A stretch of 64,000 nucleotides of DNA. It comes from a virus. Positions within the stretch are counted from its first letter, which is position 1. Each line of letters starts with the position of its first letter. Under the pieces are notes generated by a model that did not search any database, was not told where the DNA came from, and was given only the letters and a program-made list of their open reading frames with translations. The stretch lies in IMG/VR virus record IMGVR_UViG_3300045988_010351. The stretch is one strand, 5' to 3'. The translations under genes and the position numbers were made by a program. Positions 1 through 10,577 of the stretch are shown piece after piece.

Positions 1-4
1 AGTT

Positions 5-628
5 ATGTTTAGAAAGTGGATTAAACCATCTCTTAACAGAAGATTCAAGTCTGCCACATATAACTATGATTTGCAAGCATGGACAGAAGGTTATTATAAT
101 ACTACAGGAAGATTTATGTGGCAATTAGCTAAAGAGTTGAAGGAAGGTCAGTTTGCAATAGCTGCTAATTGGAATAATCTTACAAAGACAGAAAAAGCCA
201 ATATTAAAAGAGCTGCTACTGAAGTAGGTCACTTCTTAATTATTGCTGCATTCTTAGGTCTCATGGATTGGGATGATAATAAGAATAGACCTTGGTTACA
301 GAAGATGATTGAGTATCAAGCAAGAAGACTTTATACTGAAATTGGTACTCAGGTTCCAGGCCCTCAAATGGTAGGAGAGGCTCTTAAAATCTTAAAGTCT
401 CCTGCTGCTGGTATTAATACTGTGGAAAATGTTTTGGATATGGTTGGATTGTTGAATCCTATGAACTATGAAACTTTTGCAGGTGAAGATGCCATCATTC
501 AGTCAGGTAGATTTAAGGGGGATTCAAGAGCCACAAAACTATGGTTTGAGTCACCACTAATTCCTATGAATAAAACTATATATAGAGGATTACATCCAGA
601 AGAAAGTATTCCATTCTTCAAACAATAA
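5..628 (+). CDS. hypothetical protein (207 aa); may be 5'-truncated by the window edge
   Basis: Long ORF convergent with the giant minus-strand gene. A plus-strand terminator hairpin follows at 726-771. Confidence 0.5.
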   Translation: MFRKWIKPSLNRRFKSATYNYDLQAWTEGYYNTTGRFMWQLAKELKEGQFAIAANWNNLTKTEKANIKRAATEVGHFLIIAAFLGLMDWDDNKNRPWLQKMIEYQARRLYTEIGTQVPGPQMVGEALKILKSPAAGINTVENVLDMVGLLNPMNYETFAGEDAIIQSGRFKGDSRATKLWFESPLIPMNKTIYRGLHPEESIPFFKQ

Positions 629-725
629 GATTATGGGTTTATATTTGATAATATTGATTGTTGGCATACCTTTATGTATACTGGCATTAGGATTTCTAAA
701 TAAAGAAGATTAATTTGTTAATTGT

Positions 726-771
726 TAATAAGAAGGGGGAGTGAGTAGATTAAGTTCTACTCCTCCCCTTA
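726..771 (+). terminator. rho-independent terminator
   Basis: GGGGGAGTGAGTAGA / TCTACTCCTCCCC stem, followed by TTATTTTTTTT. Confidence 0.7.
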
Positions 772-775
772 TTTT

Positions 776-813
776 TTTTATTTCCTACAAAATAAAAGGG
801 AAGTAACATTTCT
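776..813 (-). terminator. rho-independent terminator for the 2634-aa gene
   Basis: GGGAGGTAACAG-AAA-TGTTACTTCCC hairpin on the minus strand, followed by TTTTATTTTG. Convergent with the terminator at 726-771. Confidence 0.65.
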
Positions 814-847
814 GTTACCTCCCTAATAAAAAATTTCATCCTACTGA

Positions 848-3800
848 CTAAAAGGCTATACATTTAACAGCTTGGTCTCTCTCTTCTTGGGAGATTGAAT
901 CAAACTTCTCTGCTGTCCAACCTTTCTTCAATAAATTCTCTTGCATAGAATCACTTAAAGTATTGAATGATGTAGTAGTTGAAGTAGTACCTCTCAATTC
1001 ACTGATAGTAGGAACTTTGAATGTGCTATCTGCATATTTACCCTCATTAATTCTTCTGTAGTAGTCTATCAAGGAAGGTCTAAAGTTATTCCAGTTAGTA
1101 ACCTTAGTAAAGAGTTCCTTGAAGAAATCAAGTATTCTCTTGCCTAAGCCTCTATTCTGTCTTGTCATTACATACTCTCTGAATCCCTCTGCCATGTCTT
1201 CCTCTAATGAGAGGTTATCTTTTTCACCATATAATTTCTTTGCTTCATCATATAGTGCTTGTCTTTCACCATTGTCAAGAAGGAGATTAAATACGGCATG
1301 GAAAGCTTCATGGTATGCAGTACCTTCAGCAGCTATGTCAGACAATGTGATTACACCTTTATCAAATTGACCCCAAGCTAAAGTACCTCTTTTACCTACT
1401 TTGATAAGACCTTTTACTACTTTTACTCTATCTGGTTCACTTAATTGGGGAAGTACCCTACTTAACCATTTAAGTTCTTTTTTCTCATCCCACTTTTCAT
1501 AATCAAGTGATTTTACTTTTCTTAATTTATGTCTTGTTCTTGAGGCTTTCTTATTGTTTATTGCCTGTTCCTTTTGAACAGTATAAGCAGCACCTGTCTG
1601 GGTATTACCTTGATTAATAGTTGCAGGAGTTTCTACAGTAGTGATAGCATCATAATCTGACATAGAAAGTTGAGTAAATTTAATATCAAACCCTGCAAGA
1701 GCCTCATCTAACTTAGTAGTATTATTTCTCACATCCTCACTATGAAGTTTTTCTGCTTTTCCTGACTCAAACAAATCTGTAAATTTCTTATTCAAGTTCT
1801 CATGTACAAACTCCCTTATAGTGTCAGGTGTCATGTTGAAATCCATAATAGTATCCTTGACTCCTTCAGGAGTTAATATAAGCATTCTCCATCTCTTTCT
1901 ATCATTGTCCCACTCTATTTGAGCAGTATTATTATTGGGGGTTTTTACATATATAACAGGAATAAGATTTTCCGTATTATATAAATAACCAGTAACATTT
2001 TTACCCACCTTTGGTAAAGGCATTTTCTTAGTATTAACAGAGGCAGTACTTACAGTAGGTACTGTGTCAGGGTTAAACAATATAGTTTTTTCATTAGCCA
2101 TGTCTTTAACCCTTTGTGGATTACCTCTAAGCATTTTGCTAATAGTTTGTTCAATCTGTACTTGAGAATATCCTCCTTGTACAGAGTTATTTCTTATTGC
2201 TAAGAATGTTTTACCATTAGGAAATACTGCATAGTAATTATTTGAAGCCACATGGGCTGCTTCTCCCTGTCTGCCAAATCCCTCTGTAATATTAGGAACT
2301 TTAGTAAGATATACTTCTACTCCATTAATTGTAGTAAGTGGTGTAACATATCCCTTATGTAATTTACCATCTATTTCAAAGTAACCTACTTTATCTTTAT
2401 CAGTAGATTTGTGTTCAGGTGTTAAGTCCTCAATAGGATTCTGTATCTCTAATGAAGTTTCAAAGATAGGTAATACTGTCTGAGCTTGTGCTGGAGTAGC
2501 AGGAGCTTCTACAGGTTTATCTACTTTAACATTACCTACTAAAGGCACATTAACAGCAGGATTATATGTAATAGGAATACCCTTTTCACTTTGTACTGCT
2601 GATACCTTCTCCTTATCATAACTCAATACAAATGGCATTACAGCTAACTTAGTAACTGGTACACCATACTGAGATTCAAATAGGTTCTTGTAAGCAGAAA
2701 GTTGTAAAGTATAGTAATCCTTTGTACTCATTCTTTGAGTAGCAGATGGATTATTAAAGTAGTTAACCTTACGACCATATCTGTCTATAAAGTCATAGAA
2801 GCTGTATCTACTTGTCTTTACATCATAAATCTTAAAGTTACCTTCCTTATCAACAGAGAGAATATCAACTTCACCTGCAACTCTTGTACCATCAGAATAT
2901 TTCTGAAATAATACAATATTATCAGCAAGGAATCTTTCTCCCATTAACTCCATGTTTGACTTAACATTATTAAGAGTAGTAATCAAATCTATGAAAGCAT
3001 TCTCTGACATATTGGATGGCTTCACTATCTTAGACACGTCTCTTATAGTAAAATACTGTCTGATGATACTATCTACTGCTGAACCAGCATCAAGTGCCCT
3101 TTGTGAATTAGTACCAGACATCTTGTCTCTTACTATATTCACAATAGTATCTCTACTCTTGGCATCAGTCTTACCTCTGTAAGCAGTCAAGTCTACCTTA
3201 AACTTGTTCTCCAAGTATTTCAGATAGTTCTCATACTGAGTAGGATTATCTACAAACTTGCTAAGATTAAATCTTGCTGATTCAAGAGCACTTGTCTGCT
3301 TGTCAGATATTATCCAATTAGAGCCTAATCTGCTATGTACTCTACTGTACTGATGATATTCACCATCATCTTCAAGTACATAATAGAACTCACCATCAGT
3401 TCTTGTCTTGTCTACTCTCTTTTGGTTCTCATATATTTCACTGATAACCTCCTTAGACTTGGCAACTCTATCCTCTCTTTCCTTCTTTCTACCTGCAATA
3501 GTATCCTTTACATCTTGTGCCTCCTGGTCACTGAGATATACTTGCTTACTTCTGTCAAGTACCTTACCATCAGGAGTAAGAACTTTGTTATCTACCATCA
3601 TTGAAGAGTTAGCAGAATCCCCAAAGTTATCTTGTGCCCAAGCTAAATCAAATAATATTCTATTATCATTAGTAATTGTTACACTTTTACCTTGGTCATC
3701 CCTAATAGTATTTGTCTTTAAGTCCACATAGTATGGCTTGTTTGAGAATACAGATGTTATCCTTGTACCACTTATAGCACCTTCAGTGCCACCCACAGGT

Positions 3801-6800
3801 GTCTCTATCTTCCTCTTAGGCTGAGGAGCTACAGAAGCTGGGCTTATAGCCTGATGCAGATTACCCTCATTATCAAAGTAGTCAGTTGTAAACCAAGTAC
3901 TTCTTACTGAAGCCTCAGTAATATTTGAAGTAAGGATATTAGAGTTTATCAATCTGTTGTTGTATGCACCTTCATTTATTCTTCTTGTGCTGACCTGTAA
4001 AGGAAGATTGAATTTGATGAGGTGTCCAAGTATCTCATTGTATATATCCTCAGGATTCTTGATAGTCCTTTGGAATCTCTCATCATCATTTGCTTCTTTA
4101 GCAACATCTTCACTAAGTGCAAATTCTAAGCCACTAATAACAGTACTTTTACCAAAGTTAGAGAAATATACATCATACTTATCCTCCTTGATTTGCTCTT
4201 TTCCTTCAATGATTACTTTTTCATAAGTACCATCTGGCTTTCTCACTTTCTTACTAATAACAACACCATTACCTGTTCCACTATTGAACCAAGTAACCAT
4301 AACATCTTGCATATACAAGTCTTGAGCTAAGTCTTGCATAGCAGCAGATACATCATCTTGTGATGTAGCAGTTGATAACTTAGTAATGGCATTCTTTATA
4401 TCTTCACCAATAGGAGAAGAGCTTACACTGCTGTCACTTAGATTAAACTCTTTACTATTAAAGTGTTTAACTCTTACAGCAGCAGGAGAATATTTACCAG
4501 CTCCATTAGGTATAAGCAGATATAATCTACCCTCTTTCTGGCTCATATCCACTGGTTTAATAATAAGACTGTCATCAATCTTATTATTGGTAGTAAGTAC
4601 ACCATTCTTTATAATACCAAAGACAGGTTTTCTATCAGTTGAAGATACATTAGGAATATCTTTAAGACTTCTTTCAGTATTGCCATAGGGAACTCTACCT
4701 ACCATTATCTTAGAAGCTCTTGTAGTAGGTGTGGCAATGAACTTGCCTTTAGATTGAGCACTTGACTTATCACTGTGCATTACATTGTCTACAAAGTGAG
4801 CTAAGTCAGTAGGTGTAGTATATTTGCCTTCCCATAAATAGTCTAGAATTTGCTTTGATTCACTAGGAGTTAGCTTTCTCCAAATATTGATGCCTAGTCC
4901 ATCATTTCTATCAAATACTTTATTGTTTTTATCACTAAAGTAGGTTATAGTAGAAGTCCCATCAGGATGCTCTATATAGGAATTTTTTCTTCCAAGAGTT
5001 CTTGGGTCAGCAGGACTTGTTCTCCAAAAATTAGAGGCTCTATCATTCTTAGTTCCTTGTTTATTTGGATTATACCCAAATACTTGGCCCACTCCTTTGC
5101 CTCCTAAGGAACTATGAATAATAATTCTCTCTTCTATTGTAGAAGGCTCATTTTTATTAATATTGGAAGTAGATGCTTGAGTAGTAGTTCTGCTGGCATA
5201 CTCTCTTCTTATCTTCTCTTCAAGACTCTTCAGACCCTCATACCTTGAAACACTATAGTCAGATTCATCTAAACTACCTACTACTTGACCATTCCTTTTA
5301 TCTATAATAAATATAGTGTGGTCATTAAATGAAGGGTCAATCATAAAGCCAAGCTCATCACCTACCTTTAAGTTGCCTTCATTTAAGTATCTAAATGCTC
5401 CACTATCTCTTAGATAACCATAAATGCCAGAGAAGTCTACACCCTTTTCTCTCTCACCTACTACTACATCAAATGGTCTGAAGTCTCCTTCCTTGCTTGC
5501 TTCTATATGCAATTCAGGTATAGCAGGTCTATAGAATTGATTAGAGGTATCTCTACTTGGTCTTTGTGGAGTTTCTACCCTTTCATTGGCTTTCTTATTC
5601 TCCTCACTGACCATCTCAGCAGTTATATTACCTACAGGTAATTCTACTGTAGGCAAAGCCCCACTACTTGTTACAGTAGGAGTAGTTGCAGTTCCACTAT
5701 CTCCTGTATCAGTCCTATCATCACCTCTTACAGTTCCCCCTCTCTTTTCTACAGGCTTCTTATATTCAGGTGAGAATCTGTCCTTGAATCTATTGTCATT
5801 GTTTACTTTTGACATTGCATTCTGCAAGGCATATTGAGCTTCTTGGAATCTTGTTGCAGACAGCTCAACATCACCCTCAGAATCTTCATCAAAGGCATTC
5901 TCATTATTAATATAGATTGAGTTAGGATTAGCTAGGTACTCCAAACTATCAGAGTTATTGAACTGGTCTTGAAAGAGCTTCATAGCATCTTGTTTAACCT
6001 GTGGTTCTGCATCTGACTCATTAAGGACTCTTCTTACTTCATTATTATATTGTGAAGTTTCTCTGTAGTTTTTAGCCATTTCACTACCTCCATCCTCAAG
6101 TTCTTTTAGAACTTTATCTCTATTCTCTGTATCATCTTGGGCATCTATTATACCTCTAAACTCTTGCAAGTTCTGTGCAGCATTCAAAGATGCTTTCAAG
6201 TCATCAGACTTCTTCTTAATCTCTTGTTGTACAGCTTGCTCATCAGCTCTTGCATGGTCTTCTGCTTGCTTTTGAGGGTTCTCAAGGTACTCTTTTAACT
6301 TTGCATTATATGTCTTTGAAGCATTGCCCAACTTAACAATATCATTCAGCTTAGTTGTAATATCTGCTTTCTCATCTGCACTAAGTACAGTTTCATCTAC
6401 CTCATTAATATCCTTAATAAGACCATCTACAAACTTAGGATTAGTTGCTAATGTATGAGCCAGTACACTGTCATCTTGACCTCTAACCATATTAAGGGTG
6501 TTGATAGCACCTTCAATGTCTTTTACATTCTTATCTGCTTGTTTATATCTCTCTGTTATATCTGCATGATGTTGACCTTCAAAATCCCTAACTTGTTGAT
6601 TGAATCTAAGAAGTGAATCTAAGTTACCTATTACATTACCAATAGCTGACTTTACCTCTCCAGACATAGATGTTGCCCTTTCAGCCCAATTGCCTATCTG
6701 AGACTTCATCCATGTCAATTCTTCAAGCTGTTCATCTGATAATTGCTGACCTGTTCTAAGAATAAGTTCATCCTTTATATCTTGATACTCCTTTATTGTA

Positions 6801-8752
6801 TTAAGAATGTCTTCCTTATTCTTGTTTATTTTGGAAGCCATCTCATTCATAGCTTCTTCAGTTCCAAAATTGGCTATTATATTGCCATTATCATCTTTAG
6901 AAGCATATTGGGAAAATGGTCCAATTAAATCACCCTTTTCATCCTTTGAGGTGGTATTAACCACTATAGACTCTAAATCTTCTTGTGAAGTTCCTGATGC
7001 CTCATTTATAGCAGATTTTAAGTCTTCTATCTTCCCTGCTTGGTCAAACATTACAATATCAGATACTAACTGAGCATGTTCTGCATTCTTAAAGTTGAAC
7101 TCATCACCCTGTTCAGCAGCTTGATTCATATCATTCTGATACTTATTATGCCTGATAAGACCCTGATAATAGTTTTTGAACTCTGGAGAGTTAACTCTAT
7201 TATTCATGTAGTTAGCAATTTCATTCTCTCTTGCTATCTTATTCCTATAATCTCTCCACTTATTTATGGCACCCTCTTCAATAGTAATAGGAGATTGTAG
7301 TGAACCTGACTCACTTCTAATTCCTCTAAACTTTGGCATACCTAAAGCACCTGTAAGAGCACCTATGAAAAACTCTTCCCAAGATGAAGCATCATTTACT
7401 GTCTCATTAATTCCTTCAGCAAATGCTTTGGTCCAACTCAAAGTCTCTTGTGCAGCCTTTGGGTCAGTCTTTGACTTATAGAAATTATTTACATTAGTTT
7501 CATAATCAGTTTCATAATATTTTCCTGCTATAGTTGAAGCAGCTTTTTGAGAAATTTCTTCAGTACCTTCAGATAATGCGCCCTTTGTTATCGCAGTAGC
7601 AGCACCTAATTTTGTAGTTCCAGCTTTGTATTCACCTGGCCTACCTAATATATTATAAGCTTTCCTAGATGTTTTGAATCCATTGGCATACAATTTACCA
7701 AACTGAATTATATTAGATGCAGTAAGGATAGGTATATTCATAAGTAAGTCCATATTACCCATCTTTAATCTATCTTCATTCAGTTTACCAAGAGCTGCAT
7801 TATATAATTCTCTTTCTTTTGCAATAGCTTTTTGGTAATTTAAGTAAGCTGGGTCTACAAGCTGAGTACCATCTACACCACTTTTTATAAATTGTCTTCC
7901 TGCATTAGCATTATATTCAGCTTGTATTGCATTTAACCTTTCTCTTAGCTTGTCATCAAGCTGTGCTTTATGGAGTTCAAACCAGTCTTTACTATTATTA
8001 AGTGCTTCAATTCTACCCTCATTAACAGCAGAGGTAACTGAACCTAAGCCAGTTGCAACTATAGAAGATGCTTTACTTATGCCCTTTAGAGTTTTAATCC
8101 CAGCACCTAATCTCTTAGCACCAGCCATAGCTAATTTACCAAGACCTTTAACACCAGCAGCTTCTAAACTACCACTATAGAAAGCACCTACTGTGAAACC
8201 TAAGTTCTTGATAAACTTATCACCTAAGAAATTGGCAGTGAAGATATTTTCATACCAAGGTTGTTCTTGCTCTGCTTTTGTATAATAGTTAGGCAATGCT
8301 TGTTCAGACCACTCATTAAAAGACTGCATAGCCTTAGAGAAGTCATTATCCCAAAGACCAGACCACCTATCTTCATTTATTGCAGTTCCTGCTCCAAATA
8401 ATAATCCTATAGTACCATCAAGAAAAGTAGTACCTGCAAGTATAGCACCTTTAGCAAGACCTGCTCCTATTTGTGCATACCAAGGTTGGTTTTCAGCTCT
8501 TATATCTCCAAGATTTTGAAATTGTTCTTCAGTTGAAGTAGGCTCATCAAACATGCTCTCACCCCAAGGTGTAGTAGTCCCAGCTAAGGGACTACTAACC
8601 CTTTGAGGGGCTTGTCTATTTATATCATACTGTGATATAGTTTGAGGTCTTACACTTGCAAAAGGGTCATTGTTTGCATCTTGAAGCTGCCTAAAGGTCA
8701 TTGGACCACTCTTAGTAATATCTATATCCTTTACTTTAGTTTCTTTTTCCAT
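848..8752 (-). CDS. giant virion protein (2634 aa) with a C-terminal gluzincin-like motif (HEAFH ... EGFREY)
   Basis: Uninterrupted 7.9-kb ORF at the distal end of the structural block. HExxH plus a downstream Glu lie near the C-terminus. Giant terminal genes are typical of crAss-like virion cargo/RNAP proteins. Confidence 0.85.
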   Translation of the reverse strand: MEKETKVKDIDITKSGPMTFRQLQDANNDPFASVRPQTISQYDINRQAPQRVSSPLAGTTTPWGESMFDEPTSTEEQFQNLGDIRAENQPWYAQIGAGLAKGAILAGTTFLDGTIGLLFGAGTAINEDRWSGLWDNDFSKAMQSFNEWSEQALPNYYTKAEQEQPWYENIFTANFLGDKFIKNLGFTVGAFYSGSLEAAGVKGLGKLAMAGAKRLGAGIKTLKGISKASSIVATGLGSVTSAVNEGRIEALNNSKDWFELHKAQLDDKLRERLNAIQAEYNANAGRQFIKSGVDGTQLVDPAYLNYQKAIAKERELYNAALGKLNEDRLKMGNMDLLMNIPILTASNIIQFGKLYANGFKTSRKAYNILGRPGEYKAGTTKLGAATAITKGALSEGTEEISQKAASTIAGKYYETDYETNVNNFYKSKTDPKAAQETLSWTKAFAEGINETVNDASSWEEFFIGALTGALGMPKFRGIRSESGSLQSPITIEEGAINKWRDYRNKIARENEIANYMNNRVNSPEFKNYYQGLIRHNKYQNDMNQAAEQGDEFNFKNAEHAQLVSDIVMFDQAGKIEDLKSAINEASGTSQEDLESIVVNTTSKDEKGDLIGPFSQYASKDDNGNIIANFGTEEAMNEMASKINKNKEDILNTIKEYQDIKDELILRTGQQLSDEQLEELTWMKSQIGNWAERATSMSGEVKSAIGNVIGNLDSLLRFNQQVRDFEGQHHADITERYKQADKNVKDIEGAINTLNMVRGQDDSVLAHTLATNPKFVDGLIKDINEVDETVLSADEKADITTKLNDIVKLGNASKTYNAKLKEYLENPQKQAEDHARADEQAVQQEIKKKSDDLKASLNAAQNLQEFRGIIDAQDDTENRDKVLKELEDGGSEMAKNYRETSQYNNEVRRVLNESDAEPQVKQDAMKLFQDQFNNSDSLEYLANPNSIYINNENAFDEDSEGDVELSATRFQEAQYALQNAMSKVNNDNRFKDRFSPEYKKPVEKRGGTVRGDDRTDTGDSGTATTPTVTSSGALPTVELPVGNITAEMVSEENKKANERVETPQRPSRDTSNQFYRPAIPELHIEASKEGDFRPFDVVVGEREKGVDFSGIYGYLRDSGAFRYLNEGNLKVGDELGFMIDPSFNDHTIFIIDKRNGQVVGSLDESDYSVSRYEGLKSLEEKIRREYASRTTTQASTSNINKNEPSTIEERIIIHSSLGGKGVGQVFGYNPNKQGTKNDRASNFWRTSPADPRTLGRKNSYIEHPDGTSTITYFSDKNNKVFDRNDGLGINIWRKLTPSESKQILDYLWEGKYTTPTDLAHFVDNVMHSDKSSAQSKGKFIATPTTRASKIMVGRVPYGNTERSLKDIPNVSSTDRKPVFGIIKNGVLTTNNKIDDSLIIKPVDMSQKEGRLYLLIPNGAGKYSPAAVRVKHFNSKEFNLSDSSVSSSPIGEDIKNAITKLSTATSQDDVSAAMQDLAQDLYMQDVMVTWFNSGTGNGVVISKKVRKPDGTYEKVIIEGKEQIKEDKYDVYFSNFGKSTVISGLEFALSEDVAKEANDDERFQRTIKNPEDIYNEILGHLIKFNLPLQVSTRRINEGAYNNRLINSNILTSNITEASVRSTWFTTDYFDNEGNLHQAISPASVAPQPKRKIETPVGGTEGAISGTRITSVFSNKPYYVDLKTNTIRDDQGKSVTITNDNRILFDLAWAQDNFGDSANSSMMVDNKVLTPDGKVLDRSKQVYLSDQEAQDVKDTIAGRKKEREDRVAKSKEVISEIYENQKRVDKTRTDGEFYYVLEDDGEYHQYSRVHSRLGSNWIISDKQTSALESARFNLSKFVDNPTQYENYLKYLENKFKVDLTAYRGKTDAKSRDTIVNIVRDKMSGTNSQRALDAGSAVDSIIRQYFTIRDVSKIVKPSNMSENAFIDLITTLNNVKSNMELMGERFLADNIVLFQKYSDGTRVAGEVDILSVDKEGNFKIYDVKTSRYSFYDFIDRYGRKVNYFNNPSATQRMSTKDYYTLQLSAYKNLFESQYGVPVTKLAVMPFVLSYDKEKVSAVQSEKGIPITYNPAVNVPLVGNVKVDKPVEAPATPAQAQTVLPIFETSLEIQNPIEDLTPEHKSTDKDKVGYFEIDGKLHKGYVTPLTTINGVEVYLTKVPNITEGFGRQGEAAHVASNNYYAVFPNGKTFLAIRNNSVQGGYSQVQIEQTISKMLRGNPQRVKDMANEKTILFNPDTVPTVSTASVNTKKMPLPKVGKNVTGYLYNTENLIPVIYVKTPNNNTAQIEWDNDRKRWRMLILTPEGVKDTIMDFNMTPDTIREFVHENLNKKFTDLFESGKAEKLHSEDVRNNTTKLDEALAGFDIKFTQLSMSDYDAITTVETPATINQGNTQTGAAYTVQKEQAINNKKASRTRHKLRKVKSLDYEKWDEKKELKWLSRVLPQLSEPDRVKVVKGLIKVGKRGTLAWGQFDKGVITLSDIAAEGTAYHEAFHAVFNLLLDNGERQALYDEAKKLYGEKDNLSLEEDMAEGFREYVMTRQNRGLGKRILDFFKELFTKVTNWNNFRPSLIDYYRRINEGKYADSTFKVPTISELRGTTSTTTSFNTLSDSMQENLLKKGWTAEKFDSISQEERDQAVKCIAF

Positions 8753-8755
8753 ATC

Positions 8756-10576
8756 TTAATATCCATAAGGATTAAACTCTTGTTCATTTGTCGTATTCTG
8801 TACTCCTAATTGAGAATGGAATAAGTAAGCTTCTTGAAGTGCCCTATTGTATTCATTTTGGACTTTCTCAGGAGTAGCAGTTATAGTTGTACCTATAGGT
8901 ATGTTATTTAATCTTGCATAACTATCAGGTATTCTTATTCTACCTCCTCTCCTGTTGTTCTGTAATACTTCAATCCACTTCATTCTTGCATCCCTATTCT
9001 GCTCATTAGTTGTATTAATACCAGCAGGCATTCTATATCTCCTTACATTACCCTTATCATCTTGTATCATTACAGTACTACCATAAGGACTAAATCTTGT
9101 AGCAGTTACTTTATACTTGTCACTCTTCAAGTCTTCCATGGTAATTTCCTTACCTGTATCCTTGAATCTCTTAGATTTACTATCATAATCAACTTCTTTA
9201 AGAGTAGTTCCTCTACCAGCAGTCATAATAGCATCCTTCATATCACCCTGTTGAGTACCTGCAATAGTATAATCATACTCAGTAACTTTTGTAGCATCAT
9301 ATTTTGCAGTTTTTGCACTTGGATTATTTGCCACGTAGTTACCCCATAGTCTACCTATTCTTGATGAGTCCCATCCAGACCCCTCTTTCATATTCATATT
9401 ACCACCTATACTATCAAGGAATTTCTTAAAGTTAGTAGGAGTAAATTTTTTATTATTAGTTGCTACCTGAGTTTCTGCATTTAGTAATCTTGCAGTACCT
9501 CCTCCTGAACCTGTTACTCTTATATTTGGAGTAGCATTTCTTCTATATTCTGCTAGACCTGCTGTTGTAAGTCTTACTCTACCCTTTGCATCAGTATAAA
9601 AATACTTAGAGTATTTCTTTATATTATCCTTATAGTCTTGCTCAGCCTTACTTAGTTCTCTATTACTGTAAATGTTCAAAGGATTAATGGCAAGACTATT
9701 TAGGTTAGCTTGTTTTTGAGCTTCTGCTGCTCTCTTCTCTGCTCTAATCTTCATAGCCTCCTCTTCAGCCATCTTAGCTCTCCAGTTATCAAGAACTTGG
9801 TATTGAGTTTCACCAACTGCACTCCATAGACCTTGTTTAGCATAGTCAATAGCTCTTGCAATAGTAGCTTGGTCTCCCCAGTTTCTAACACCACTTGAAT
9901 TAATGGCATCTTCAACAATCCTTGTAAGTTGAGGAGCAGCATTAGGATTATCCTGTATAGCCTGTAATACTGCTTGAGAACTAAAGCCTTTCTGCATCAT
10001 AGATTCATAATATGAATTACCTAAAATATTTCTCCACTTCCTTGGTTTCTCTTGCATTTCCTTAGCCAATGCAGATGCAGCTTGTGCAGCTTGTGCAGTA
10101 ATTAACTTACCTGAATATGCTTCATAAGCTAACTGTGGATTCTTTATATAATCATCAAGACTTGTAGTTGAGGCTCTTCTACTTAGCATCAATGTTGGGT
10201 CTTGAAGAAGTGCTTGTTGTTGTTGCTCTGCTTGCTTTTGTCTTGTTGCATAGGCTTGTTCAATAGGAGTTATCTCCTTACTGTACCTTGCTTTCATATT
10301 AAGCATATCCCTTCTACTTGTAGCATTAAGTCCTTCCCTTGCTAACTGACCAGCTTGCTCTTCGAGGTCATTTGCATAGGTCTTATACATTTTGTAAGCA
10401 TAAGGGTCAGTCTGTTCATTAGCCATTTTATCCCATATATTTGCCTTAGTAGAGAGTTCCCCATATTGGTCCTCTAATGCTTGATGAGCTTGGGTAGCCA
10501 TCAAGGTTGGAGCCAGCATTTCTTGATAAGAGAAGGGCTTGAATTGCGAATTTATAATTAGTGAATAGTTAGCCAT
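8756..10576 (-). CDS. virion/cargo protein candidate (606 aa), Q/A-rich with coiled-coil segments
   Basis: ORF tightly packed between the giant genes (4-nt spacing). Confidence 0.75.
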   Translation of the reverse strand: MANYSLIINSQFKPFSYQEMLAPTLMATQAHQALEDQYGELSTKANIWDKMANEQTDPYAYKMYKTYANDLEEQAGQLAREGLNATSRRDMLNMKARYSKEITPIEQAYATRQKQAEQQQQALLQDPTLMLSRRASTTSLDDYIKNPQLAYEAYSGKLITAQAAQAASALAKEMQEKPRKWRNILGNSYYESMMQKGFSSQAVLQAIQDNPNAAPQLTRIVEDAINSSGVRNWGDQATIARAIDYAKQGLWSAVGETQYQVLDNWRAKMAEEEAMKIRAEKRAAEAQKQANLNSLAINPLNIYSNRELSKAEQDYKDNIKKYSKYFYTDAKGRVRLTTAGLAEYRRNATPNIRVTGSGGGTARLLNAETQVATNNKKFTPTNFKKFLDSIGGNMNMKEGSGWDSSRIGRLWGNYVANNPSAKTAKYDATKVTEYDYTIAGTQQGDMKDAIMTAGRGTTLKEVDYDSKSKRFKDTGKEITMEDLKSDKYKVTATRFSPYGSTVMIQDDKGNVRRYRMPAGINTTNEQNRDARMKWIEVLQNNRRGGRIRIPDSYARLNNIPIGTTITATPEKVQNEYNRALQEAYLFHSQLGVQNTTNEQEFNPYGY

Positions 10577-10577
10577 A

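Noticed and set aside
1119-8180. Many 60-107-aa plus-strand ORFs inside the 2634-aa gene (for example 1119-1370, 3335-3731, 7950-8180), and similar ORFs inside other large minus-strand genes.
   Set aside because: They lie antisense within long, well-supported ORFs and have low-complexity S/L/I-rich translations typical of reverse-strand artefacts in AT-rich DNA.
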